A DNA stretch of 47,425 nucleotides from a virus (lineage: Duplodnaviria; Caudoviricetes), in IMG/VR virus record IMGVR_UViG_3300043411_000433, positions 1 through 47,425 of that record; one strand, written 5' to 3'. The notes beneath the pieces were generated by a model. It was given only the letters and a program-made list of their open reading frames with translations, made no database searches and was not told the origin of the DNA. Position 1 is the first letter of the stretch. Each line of letters opens with the position of its first letter. A program made the translations under genes and the position numbers. This document shows, in pieces, positions 28,266 through 36,676 of this stretch.

Positions 28266-29771
28266 CTAGGTTAACATGCGTTCAGGCGCGTAAGGATCGT
28301 ATTCTGTGGTGACGAGGTTGGTCTGGGCATGATCCCCGCCAGCATTTGTATTAGGCACTAAAGCGTGAGCGAAAGTCAAGACTAGAGCATCGATGTCGTC
28401 GAGGGAAATGCCTGAGCCATCTTCATCAACAAGGTCCTCTTTGCGCTCTAGGATAATTTCGTCTTTTATGTTGAAGGTATACTTGATGGCGAGCATCTGG
28501 CGACGGAGGTCTGGGTCTGGTGGGAGTGCACCAGTCTTAAGCCACGCCCGGCAGGCTCCATACATGGCGGCGCGGTTGTTGGCGTACTTTTCGCCAGTGT
28601 TGCCCCAGATGGAGTTGTATACGATGTCTTTTCCGCCGAACTGGATTTCGAAGCAATGAAGTCTTCGGTTTCGGATATTATCGACAACGCCACCACCAAC
28701 ACCACCGCCGTCGACCATAATACCGTCAGGACGATACTGATTGTTAAAATCCACCACCCGATCAGTAAGCTGGACAGTAGAAAGGCCGTTGTATTTTTGG
28801 CGATCAATGATGCGCGCATCGCGGCCCTTTCGAGGAAAAAGGACAGAGGAGTTCATACCGAATCGGGCAACGTCAACGCCGAGGGCAAGGGGTTCGGTTT
28901 TGTCGACATGGACTTCGCGAGTCATGGCCTCGTCAATTTCCGCGGCCGAGAAGAATTCCATCAAGCCTTTGCGGGGGAATTGTCCCAGAACACGAACTCG
29001 GACGAAATCGGAGTCGACACCATATGCATCGATCCAGTTTTGTAGGCGACGTTTATTTGTGATTCGGACAGTTCTACTATCGATCTGTAGACTATGCCAT
29101 TGATGCGCAAATTTGCCACCAGCGAAACACTCACGGAATCGTCCGATATTTCTGGTAGGGTTCCCAAAAGCCACCCAGATAATTTCAGTGTCAGCATCGG
29201 TTAGCGCGCCTTCTGCTGTTTCCCAGATGATGTCAGGGATTTCGGAAGCTTCGTCGAATACGAGAAGAAGGCGCTTGCCTTTGTTGTGGAGCCCGGCGAA
29301 CGCGGCTGGATTTTTCTCGGACCACGGGATCATGTCGATACGCCAAGTGCGCTCACGATCGGGGTCCTTGGAGAACAGGCCGGTGGCGGTTAGGGAGAAA
29401 TGTTCGCGGGCGAAAAAGCAGAGGTTGAACCATTTACCGAGTTCGGCCCAGGTTTTGGTTTTAAGCTGGGTTTCGGTATTGGCGGTGACGACTCCGCGGG
29501 TGTCTGGGAAGGTGGTGAAGGCCCAGAGAATGAGCATGGAGACGGTGGCGGACTTGGCGATACCGTGGCCGGATGCGACGGCTTCTTGGATGGCTTCGTT
29601 GGTGTCGATGATACCGTCGCGGATTCGGTTCATCAGGTCACGAGCCCAATCCTCGGGACCATCGGAGTTCTCGAGAACGGTGCCGGGTTCGCCCCATGGA
29701 TAGGCTCCCATGGTGAACGCAAGGGGATCACCGCGGACAGAGGCCAGCCAAAGGAGGAGTTTGTCGTCCAT
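28266..29771 (-). CDS. terL: Terminase large subunit
   Basis: Walker A ASGHGIAKS, Walker B LLVFDEAS, FGNPTRN, nuclease LGVDVARFG, DDIDALVLTFA. Confidence 0.93.
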   Translation of the reverse strand: MDDKLLLWLASVRGDPLAFTMGAYPWGEPGTVLENSDGPEDWARDLMNRIRDGIIDTNEAIQEAVASGHGIAKSATVSMLILWAFTTFPDTRGVVTANTETQLKTKTWAELGKWFNLCFFAREHFSLTATGLFSKDPDRERTWRIDMIPWSEKNPAAFAGLHNKGKRLLLVFDEASEIPDIIWETAEGALTDADTEIIWVAFGNPTRNIGRFRECFAGGKFAHQWHSLQIDSRTVRITNKRRLQNWIDAYGVDSDFVRVRVLGQFPRKGLMEFFSAAEIDEAMTREVHVDKTEPLALGVDVARFGMNSSVLFPRKGRDARIIDRQKYNGLSTVQLTDRVVDFNNQYRPDGIMVDGGGVGGGVVDNIRNRRLHCFEIQFGGKDIVYNSIWGNTGEKYANNRAAMYGACRAWLKTGALPPDPDLRRQMLAIKYTFNIKDEIILERKEDLVDEDGSGISLDDIDALVLTFAHALVPNTNAGGDHAQTNLVTTEYDPYAPERMLT

Positions 29772-29802
29772 AGATTAACAAACCACTAAGGGGGTGGAAT
29801 TC

Positions 29803-31761
29803 TCAATTACCAAAGCACACCCATTTAATCTGCGCCGTGTCCGCAGCATTGCTGGACGTTGGCGTTACAGTCGTTGTGGTCGAAGGCATTTTCAGAGCGC
29901 CAGCCAGCGCGCCCGTTCCTGTCCATGAGCCGTAACAATTCGGCGCACTTGAATAGGTCGAGCCGAGCGCCTGCGCAGAACACACGCCTGCCGTCATTGT
30001 GCACGATCCCTGGTCGGCAAGCTGGACGCGCGCGCCAGTCTGAAAAGCAAATGCGCCAGAGCCGTTGTCCGTCAGGCGAAGCGCGCCAGATGAATACCAG
30101 CCAACCGTGCCGCTGGTCTTCGTGCCGAAGGCGAAGTTGGTTGTGTCGCCGCCTATTGCAGCAATAGGTGCTGCAAGCCCACTTCCGGTGAATGGGTTGT
30201 TGGCCGCGTGACCTAGAGCTTGCGCAAAGAGAAGATCGCGTGATGTACTTTCATTACTATTTTGCAAGCCTATATATGGCCCACCCGCAGCTTGTTGTCC
30301 TGTGTAACGTACAATTGGGTCTGTGTTGAAAGTCGGGCCAACGTATGTCAGACCCTTTTCTATGATGGTCAGTTTTGCGCCAGCGGGGTATGAAATCGAA
30401 ATCGGATCGTTGGTTGATGTATTGAATCCGATGTAAGTACGCGATCCTGATTGCGTTACAGTAACGTCACTTGTGTTGGACTCGAGCCGATTACCAATAA
30501 TTGTATTAGCGCCAGCGCTTGCTTCATAAACACCATAGGCCCAGCCTTCGATATCATTGCCGCAGCAAATAACATTGCCGTCGAAAGCAAAGGCATTAAG
30601 CAAAACACCAACAGAGCCAGAAATCCCGGCTTGCCCTAATAGCCAACTTCTGCTGATCGTAGAAGCAGTAACTGGATAAGGTGAACTGGTTCCGCTCAAA
30701 TAGACACCGTATTTGAAGCCAACGATTCTACTTCCATCAATGCGAAGCCCACCCGCCCAATTCGTGTCTGCATACATGTATACACCAGACCCAACATTTG
30801 TGGTAGTCTGATTACTAAGAATGTAAACATCTTCTACCGCGGGTTCTATGGCGCGAATGAAGAAGAGACCGATAGTTGAATCATTTAGCGTTTGTATATC
30901 GCAATTTTTAACTGTTGGTCGTTTGATTTGACTAGTGCCACCTGCGTCAAATTTAAATACGGAATCTGTATTGGTTGACGCAGACTTAATTAGAGTTCCA
31001 CGCGCCTCGCATTCAATTGTCACATTGTCGTGTGTTACGAGAACGGACGAGTCAAAGCGATAAAAAGCGTTTGTTTTTGGAATAGTAACCTTGCCACCGT
31101 TGGCAAAAGTCGAAACATAATCGACTGCTTTTTGAACCGCGGGCTTACTATCCGTCGCTCCAGTCGGGTCCGCCGCATAATCAATAACGGAAACCGACAA
31201 TTCGCGGAACTTATCGGGCATTCCGCGAGAAACGGCGCCTGTGCCGCCTGGAAGGTATGCGCAAGCTAGCATGGATGACCCGGCAGGCGAGGTACAATCA
31301 CCACCGACAAATGCTGGAAGCTGGGCTGCGACAATACTTGTGGTATTGAAATAACCTAGGTTTCTCCAGATGTTTGATCTTTGATCGAATTGAATTGAGA
31401 AGCCAGAGTTGGCTGCACAATATACCGGAATATTTGGGTCCAATGACGAACCGTCAGAAGATTGAACAACCACATTTGTAACAGTTGCGCTACAACTAAA
31501 TGTGAGTTGTTGACCTTCGAAAGCTGGATTTGGTAGGGCAATAGTCCAAGTAGTTATTGCACCACCGGCATAGATGTTTAAGTTAGTGGGATGATTTGGC
31601 TGCGCAGGAATTCTAGTCGTAACGGCAGCACCACCAACTTGTGTGATGTAACCCGTTGCGTAAATTGGTGCATTGATTGTGCCGTTTGGCTGTTGTGCAA
31701 GACTTGCTGAGGTCCAGCAATATGCAATAAAGATTAGTGCAAGCTTGGTGAATTTAATCAT
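29803..31761 (-). CDS. Second tailspike-like beta-helix protein with N-terminal signal peptide
   Basis: MIKFTKLALIFIAYCWTSASLA|QQ; GTGAVSR..DKFRELSVSVIDYAADPTGATDS..AVQKA tailspike / pectate_lyase_3 start. Confidence 0.75.
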   Translation of the reverse strand: MIKFTKLALIFIAYCWTSASLAQQPNGTINAPIYATGYITQVGGAAVTTRIPAQPNHPTNLNIYAGGAITTWTIALPNPAFEGQQLTFSCSATVTNVVVQSSDGSSLDPNIPVYCAANSGFSIQFDQRSNIWRNLGYFNTTSIVAAQLPAFVGGDCTSPAGSSMLACAYLPGGTGAVSRGMPDKFRELSVSVIDYAADPTGATDSKPAVQKAVDYVSTFANGGKVTIPKTNAFYRFDSSVLVTHDNVTIECEARGTLIKSASTNTDSVFKFDAGGTSQIKRPTVKNCDIQTLNDSTIGLFFIRAIEPAVEDVYILSNQTTTNVGSGVYMYADTNWAGGLRIDGSRIVGFKYGVYLSGTSSPYPVTASTISRSWLLGQAGISGSVGVLLNAFAFDGNVICCGNDIEGWAYGVYEASAGANTIIGNRLESNTSDVTVTQSGSRTYIGFNTSTNDPISISYPAGAKLTIIEKGLTYVGPTFNTDPIVRYTGQQAAGGPYIGLQNSNESTSRDLLFAQALGHAANNPFTGSGLAAPIAAIGGDTTNFAFGTKTSGTVGWYSSGALRLTDNGSGAFAFQTGARVQLADQGSCTMTAGVCSAQALGSTYSSAPNCYGSWTGTGALAGALKMPSTTTTVTPTSSNAADTAQIKWVCFGN

Positions 31762-33110
31762 TAGTAGCCTGCTCCTACAGTAGTTTTGGTTTGTAGCGTT
31801 GTATCTTGGATGCGTTGATTGTACAGACCAATTGATTTATATCTGTAGGTATTGGCGTAAGCCGTACTTGACGTGCGGCCTAGATACAAGTTGGAAATTG
31901 CGCCCGCGCCGAATGGCGTCCCGGTCGTTACGACTGCGCCGCCACCCATTGCAATGCTCGCACCAGATGCTGATAACGCAATGCCCGCCCGGCCAGTGGT
32001 TGACCAACTGCCACCACCCGAAACCGCAGGGCCAAACAGGCGCGAATTGCCAGCGTCGTAGGCTACGGCTGAACTAGCGGAAGTCGCATAAAGCGGGATG
32101 CTGAACGCAGCCTGTGCGCCGATGAACACGATACCGTTCGTGTCGATGTAGTCCGCGCTACCTTCAAAAATGATTGAGGCAGACGGCCCCGTAACGGCGG
32201 CCAGCGCTGGCCCGTTAAACTGAACCGTCTCTGCCGCGCGCGTTGTCGTTCCGGCCGAGGGATTGGCGATGTAGCTCGACGCATACCCACCCGCTTCCCA
32301 CTGAGGCCCCCAATAATAAATCTTGTCCGCAGAAGTCGGATTTGCCCCGCCTGTCCCATAGGGATAGATGGCCGGGATAATTGATGCGGTGTTCGCCGCA
32401 CTTGTCCATTTTGCCGAAACTCGCCACCAGCCATTGCCGGTGTTGACGGAAGTCAGAGCCGTGACACCGGCAGTTACAGACGTGTTCGCCCCTGTCGATA
32501 GGTCGAAGCGGGCGATGTACAGCAGCGAGTTGGTCGCGTCGTAAAATCCAACGGCGGCAATGCCTGCGCCACCCGCATTTTTGAGATAAGCGGAAGCAGT
32601 GTAAGTGGTTGTCCCCGCCGCCGTGAAAGCAGGCGGTGCAACATTTGTGATTGACCCGCCAGTCGGATTTATCAGCGTGGCAGTGTTGGTTCCTGCCGGG
32701 TCGAGCGTTGCGCCAGAGTTGTTTGTGACCGTACCGTTGCTCGGCGTCCAGTTGCTCAGTACGCTTGAATATGGTGCGGAATTGGTTGCTGCAACTGGCT
32801 CGACAATCAAGCCGCCCGCAACCCACGCTGAGCCGTTGTAAACGTATCCAAAACGCGGGTCGGTTGCGCTTGTGACTGTTTTTAGGACACCTGTGCTGTC
32901 GAAGTACGTTGCAGTCGGAGTGGCATCAGAGCGCGTGAACGTGGCGACGGCGTTAAGTGCGGCAAGATTTGAAGCATATATAGGCTGAGTGAAATTAGAT
33001 TGCGCTATTGGTCCGTTACCGATGCCGGAACCAAGCAACGTCATATACCCAGCGAATGCCGGGCCAGTTAGGAAACAGAGAAGAAGGACGAGAAGCTTAT
33101 GGCTGCGCAT
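31761..33110 (-). CDS. Head-spike-fibre-like carbohydrate-binding protein with N-terminal signal peptide
   Basis: Likely start ATG 33110: MRSHKLLVLLLCFLTGPAFA|G. Motifs TFTRS..ATYFDSTG..PRF..GLIVE..TN, GNGWWRVS, WGPQWEAG..SSYI..TTRAAE. Confidence 0.7.
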   Translation of the reverse strand: MRSHKLLVLLLCFLTGPAFAGYMTLLGSGIGNGPIAQSNFTQPIYASNLAALNAVATFTRSDATPTATYFDSTGVLKTVTSATDPRFGYVYNGSAWVAGGLIVEPVAATNSAPYSSVLSNWTPSNGTVTNNSGATLDPAGTNTATLINPTGGSITNVAPPAFTAAGTTTYTASAYLKNAGGAGIAAVGFYDATNSLLYIARFDLSTGANTSVTAGVTALTSVNTGNGWWRVSAKWTSAANTASIIPAIYPYGTGGANPTSADKIYYWGPQWEAGGYASSYIANPSAGTTTRAAETVQFNGPALAAVTGPSASIIFEGSADYIDTNGIVFIGAQAAFSIPLYATSASSAVAYDAGNSRLFGPAVSGGGSWSTTGRAGIALSASGASIAMGGGAVVTTGTPFGAGAISNLYLGRTSSTAYANTYRYKSIGLYNQRIQDTTLQTKTTVGAGY

Positions 33111-33525
33111 ATGCGATCGACCCGGACATCTGCACGGCAGCGGAGGTAATGGCGCATACGTCGTTGCCGGTTGGGACGACGAGGACTGGAGCAATGCCAG
33201 AACCGAGGACTAGGCCTGCTTGGGCGGTTAGGTTGTAGGCACCGGTGAGGGCGACTTGGCCTGTGGCGCAGAGGGAACCGGTACCGTAGACGAGTTGGAT
33301 GTTGCCGGTACCGCCAGCGATTACGTTGAAGGAGGTTATGTAAACCCAGCGAGAGGTTATGCCGGTGATCAGCTTGGTGGTGACCGCAGTGGAGATGTTG
33401 ATGGCGGCTGAACCTTGCGTCGATGGCACGGTCCATCCGGGGGTCTGGGCGTGGGCTTTGACGTAGGCCCCAAAGGAAAGGACGACGATGGCAAAGACCC
33501 ACCAGAAATATACAAAGCGCTTCAT
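33097..33525 (-). CDS. Small beta-sandwich protein with N-terminal signal peptide (possible spike base/decoration)
   Basis: AGGAG SD; MKRFVYFWWVFAIVVLSFGAYVKAHA|Q; beta-rich mature part with 2 Cys. Confidence 0.7.
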   Translation of the reverse strand: MKRFVYFWWVFAIVVLSFGAYVKAHAQTPGWTVPSTQGSAAINISTAVTTKLITGITSRWVYITSFNVIAGGTGNIQLVYGTGSLCATGQVALTGAYNLTAQAGLVLGSGIAPVLVVPTGNDVCAITSAAVQMSGSIAYAQP

Positions 33526-33611
33526 AGGTTTCTCCTGTATGCCCCCGGCTCAAGCTAACCGCCAATGAGAGCCGCGAACCGGGGGCACCACCGGCCGAGG
33601 GAGGGCCGATT

Positions 33612-34157
33612 CTAGTCTTTGGTTATGACTCGGGCGGAACGGGATATGGCGAGTTCGAGGCGCGCCGCGAAGTCGATGTTGATGTTTTCTTTGGTGGAGC
33701 GTTTATGGTAGCCAACGCGATCGGAGCCGTCGGAAGCGATTTTGAGAAGCTTGTCGACGGGGATTTCGGTGGTTTCGTTCTCATCGTCGGCGTCTAGGAC
33801 TTCGTTGATCTTGCGCCATGCTTTGGCCGAGGCGGAATGGACGTTGTCGTAGAAGGTGTCCCGGCGTTCGCGCCAACTGGAGTCGTCCTCTGCGCGATAA
33901 CGGGCGATGAGTTCGACCATGGCTGGGGAGGACTTGATGATGGACAGCCGAGTTTCAGAATAACCGACTTCCTGCGCGACTTCGCGATTGGAAAGGCCAG
34001 AGACAAGGAGGCGCGCGATTATGTGGTGGGAGTCGCGAAGCTTCTTGAGGCGGACCCGGGATGACGGTTGACGCAGAGCCTCGATGTCGTCCTTGGTCAT
34101 GGACCGGACGGACTTGATATAGGGGCTACTGGGTTTACGGTAAGAGACTTCGCTCAT
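33612..34157 (-). CDS. HTH protein, probable terminase small subunit
   Basis: HHIIARLLVSGLSNREVAQEVGYSETRLSII HTH followed by a helical body; first large late gene. ATG 34157 is coupled to the upstream stop. Confidence 0.55.
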   Translation of the reverse strand: MSEVSYRKPSSPYIKSVRSMTKDDIEALRQPSSRVRLKKLRDSHHIIARLLVSGLSNREVAQEVGYSETRLSIIKSSPAMVELIARYRAEDDSSWRERRDTFYDNVHSASAKAWRKINEVLDADDENETTEIPVDKLLKIASDGSDRVGYHKRSTKENINIDFAARLELAISRSARVITKD

Positions 34158-34459
34158 ATCCGTCGTTCCATCATCTGGCCGGGAATGGCTACGGGCTCGA
34201 GGTTGTGCTTGGGTTGATACTCGGCGATCAGGGAATGATAGGTGGTGATCAAGGCATCCGGATGAACCCAACGAATCAAGACTTGATCGAAATCGATCCG
34301 CTGGAGAAACTTCGGGCGGTCTTTGGAACGCAGGGTCGCAATGATCGGCAGCATCGGCTTGGTGGTTTTGCCGACGAACACGACGCGGCCGCGATGCAGC
34401 AGGAGGTAAACCCCCGCCCGCAGAATCTCGCTTGCATCTGTGAAACCGTCGATAATCAC
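34154..34459 (-). CDS. GIY-YIG-like small protein, ending ERRI
   Basis: AGVYLLL..GRVVFVGKT and YQPKHN motifs; likely GTG start at 34459. Confidence 0.55.
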   Translation of the reverse strand: MIIDGFTDASEILRAGVYLLLHRGRVVFVGKTTKPMLPIIATLRSKDRPKFLQRIDFDQVLIRWVHPDALITTYHSLIAEYQPKHNLEPVAIPGQMMERRI

Positions 34460-34484
34460 GAAACCATTCCCATTGTTATCTCCG

Positions 34485-34513
34485 ATTAGACCACAAAGAC
34501 ATTTGATTGTCAA
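34485..34513 (-). promoter_or_regulatory. Sigma70-type promoter for the packaging/structural operon
   Basis: On the minus strand TTGACA-17 nt-TCTAAT with TG extension, followed by CGGAG. Confidence 0.6.
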
Positions 34514-34640
34514 GGGGACGGAGAATTGGTGTATGTTGCCTAAAATCAATTTCGGGTTTAGAACACGTCTGGCGGCGGGCGGCAGGCAAATTTTTGCCCC
34601 CGGGTGGTGGCCCGGGGGTTGTTGGTGGAGAGCAGGAATG

Positions 34641-34823
34641 CTAAGTCTTTGATTCGGCTGGCAGTTCTGGCTCTGGCTCCGGCCGGTCTAGGTAGGGCGG
34701 CGCGGTCCCGTCGGGATGCGGAGCGATGAACATGGTAGCAGTCCATTGCGCGCCGCAAGCCACGCAATAGACTGTCATCCACTTACCATGCCCACTATGA
34801 TAGTTAAGGCGGTGTTCGCACAT
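34641..34823 (-). CDS. Small putative Zn-ribbon protein, 60 aa
   Basis: AAGGA SD; MCEH...CVACG. Confidence 0.5.
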   Translation of the reverse strand: MCEHRLNYHSGHGKWMTVYCVACGAQWTATMFIAPHPDGTAPPYLDRPEPEPELPAESKT

Positions 34824-34827
34824 TGGG

Positions 34828-35139
34828 TTAGTCCTTGGTTGTGAAGCGAGAGCGATTGGCATCGACGAAGGCGACCACGTCGGACCACGCTGCGGCCAGT
34901 TTATCGAATTGGGAGAGGTAGAGAGTGATAGGGAAGCGGCCAAGGCCGTAGATGGACAGCGCGCCTTTCTCAGAGACTTTCAGGGTCAGGGCGCGAGCAG
35001 AGCCAGACTTAGCAGCGGCCTCAAGCGCTGCAATCTTGGCCATGAGTTCTTCGATGGTCGGCTGCGCAGGCTTGGTCAGGTCCGGGAGAACGCGGCCAGC
35101 AAGCGAGACACCATTGCGAGAGGCGAGAACGTTAGACAT
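34828..35139 (-). CDS. Hypothetical protein with LKVSEKGALSIYGLGRFPITLY motif
   Basis: GGAG SD; short coiled coil followed by a conserved-looking beta motif; function unknown. Confidence 0.75.
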   Translation of the reverse strand: MSNVLASRNGVSLAGRVLPDLTKPAQPTIEELMAKIAALEAAAKSGSARALTLKVSEKGALSIYGLGRFPITLYLSQFDKLAAAWSDVVAFVDANRSRFTTKD

Positions 35140-35438
35140 GGGTTTGCTCCATAGGAAATGCTTAGACTAGCGGGATGCAAGCCTAAGCGGGTTAACGATT
35201 TCAAATAGCGATATCGGCGAACCGATGAGCCGACAGTACGCCGATTTGTGGAATGTGCAAGCGGATTTGTGCATAGCTGCTATGCGTTTGCATGATAGGG
35301 GCGCTCGCGCAGTTGGCACAAGGCTTGCTACGCTTCGCGCGAAGGCTGTGGCAAGATTAGCACAGGGTATTAGTTTATACCTTATGTAACCTTTCAACTG
35401 GCTGCGCCTCACCCTACCCACCTGCGGCTGGGAATGAG

Positions 35439-35697
35439 CTCCTAATCTGCCGGGTAACTGCTGGGAAAACTCTCTCATGCCTCGACCTTAGCCCGGACCC
35501 CACACACCTAGGCCGGTTGGGTAGGCTACCTACCTACCGTACTCTACTACTTCTTAACTCTCTAATATATTATTATCTTATTATTATATTACATTCATAC
35601 CCATACCAGCCATGGGTGAGGGGTAGGGCGGAGTGTCGAGGCATGAGGGGAGTTTAGGAGCGGTTTAGGGGCGGATTAGGAGAGGGTTAGGAGCCGC
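35439..35697. repeat. Nested inverted repeats around an AT-rich core plus four 11-bp TTAGG repeats (origin- or terminus-like)
   Basis: 35474-35486 and 35635-35647 form a perfect 13-bp IR; 35439-35451 and 35670-35682 match at 12/13; AT core at ~35551-35599; TTAGG at 35654, 35665, 35676 and 35687. Confidence 0.8.
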
Positions 35698-35737
35698 GTG
35701 GTAGAGGGAGGGAGATTGATTTCCTAGGATTTAGTTC

Positions 35738-35766
35738 TGGAAATTGTTGGAAGTTAATGGTATAAT
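35738..35766 (+). promoter_or_regulatory. Early sigma70-type promoter
   Basis: TGGAAA-17 nt-TATAAT with extended TG, upstream of the first plus-strand gene. Confidence 0.65.
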
Positions 35767-35796
35767 AGGTTTGTTAAATTGGAAGGGAACAAACCA

Positions 35797-36054
35797 ATGA
35801 CTCGTAATGCTGACCCGTTTGATACAACGTTGTTTCCGTTTGGCAAGCAAGCTGGAGATAATAAGATGGGATTGAAATCCTGTCCGACTTGTAACATGCC
35901 GCCAACACATCCAACGCAGGAAGAATATCCTTGGCCCGGCTCGCAAATACCGGCCGATGGGTTTTATTTGTTTAGAAATGAGATTTCAGCAAGGGAGTAT
36001 TATATCTCTGGCATGTGTCAGCATTGTCAGGATGATGTATTTGATTGTGATTGA
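35797..36054 (+). CDS. Small Cys4 (Zn-binding) early protein
   Basis: CPTC...REYYISGMCQHCQD; GGAAGG SD before ATG 35797. Confidence 0.7.
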   Translation: MTRNADPFDTTLFPFGKQAGDNKMGLKSCPTCNMPPTHPTQEEYPWPGSQIPADGFYLFRNEISAREYYISGMCQHCQDDVFDCD

Positions 36055-36115
36055 GTATTGTTAGGCTGCATTCGGGTGAGCTTTGTTAGGCTGCTGCGAG
36101 GCAATGGAGGCTAGT

Positions 36116-36337
36116 ATGAATGATCGGATAGCTGGCACAACTTGGGATAACCCGATTTGGTATAGGAAGTTTAGGATATACCTAACGGATCATTGTTTTG
36201 TGAATTGGGAATATGTTCATGATGATTATGATGGCGCGCCAGACGCGGGGGATAATCGCTACGGGCATGGGCAGACTGTCGCTGAGTGTATAGATGAGAT
36301 TGATGAGCGTTGGCCGGTTTTGGGTAAATTGGAATAG
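36116..36337 (+). CDS. Hypothetical early protein, 73 aa
   Basis: GGAGG SD before ATG 36116; HDDYDGAPD motif. Confidence 0.7.
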   Translation: MNDRIAGTTWDNPIWYRKFRIYLTDHCFVNWEYVHDDYDGAPDAGDNRYGHGQTVAECIDEIDERWPVLGKLE

Positions 36338-36494
36338 TTACCTCTGCGCTCAGCTTTGTTAGGCTGCGGGCTAAGACAGGTTAACCGGACAGCGTGCTTC
36401 ATGGCCTTGAACAGTCACATAGCCTTAGACTTCCCCGCCGCTTGACGCCGGGCCGGATCGGTGCGATGATCGGAGCGTCTGGAGCCGCAGGCTC

Positions 36495-36523
36495 TTGCAA
36501 TGCGTACTGAGTATTGTTAGGCT
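36495..36523 (+). promoter_or_regulatory. Sigma70-type promoter whose extended -10 lies in the repeated motif
   Basis: TTGCAA-17 nt-TAGGCT preceded by TGT. Confidence 0.5.
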
Positions 36524-36553
36524 GCAATCATGCAACAGAGAAAGGTATATCCC

Positions 36554-36676
36554 ATGTCTATACGCAAGATCGGTGGCATTCGGTTTCTGCGAATTGGTCG
36601 TTGGCAGTTTAGTTTTTGCGTCGTGCGGACTAAGCCTGTGACTGTCCGCGAACTTAAGGAGATGAGCCATGCCTAA
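36554..36676 (+). CDS. Basic microprotein, 40 aa
   Basis: AAAGG SD; MSIRKIGGIRFLRIGRWQFSFCVVR... Confidence 0.55.
   Translation: MSIRKIGGIRFLRIGRWQFSFCVVRTKPVTVRELKEMSHA

Noticed and set aside
19753-33525. Diversity-generating retroelement, suggested by the BPP-1-like head genes
   Set aside because: No reverse transcriptase ORF and no TR/VR pair differing at adenines were seen.
35167-35478. 103-aa minus-strand ORF in the control region
   Set aside because: Starts inside the inverted repeat, has no convincing SD and the translation looks non-protein-like.
35654-35697. Eukaryotic telomere sequence (TTAGG/TTAGGG)
   Set aside because: The unit is 11 bp with variable second halves and is internal to a phage control region; the resemblance is superficial.
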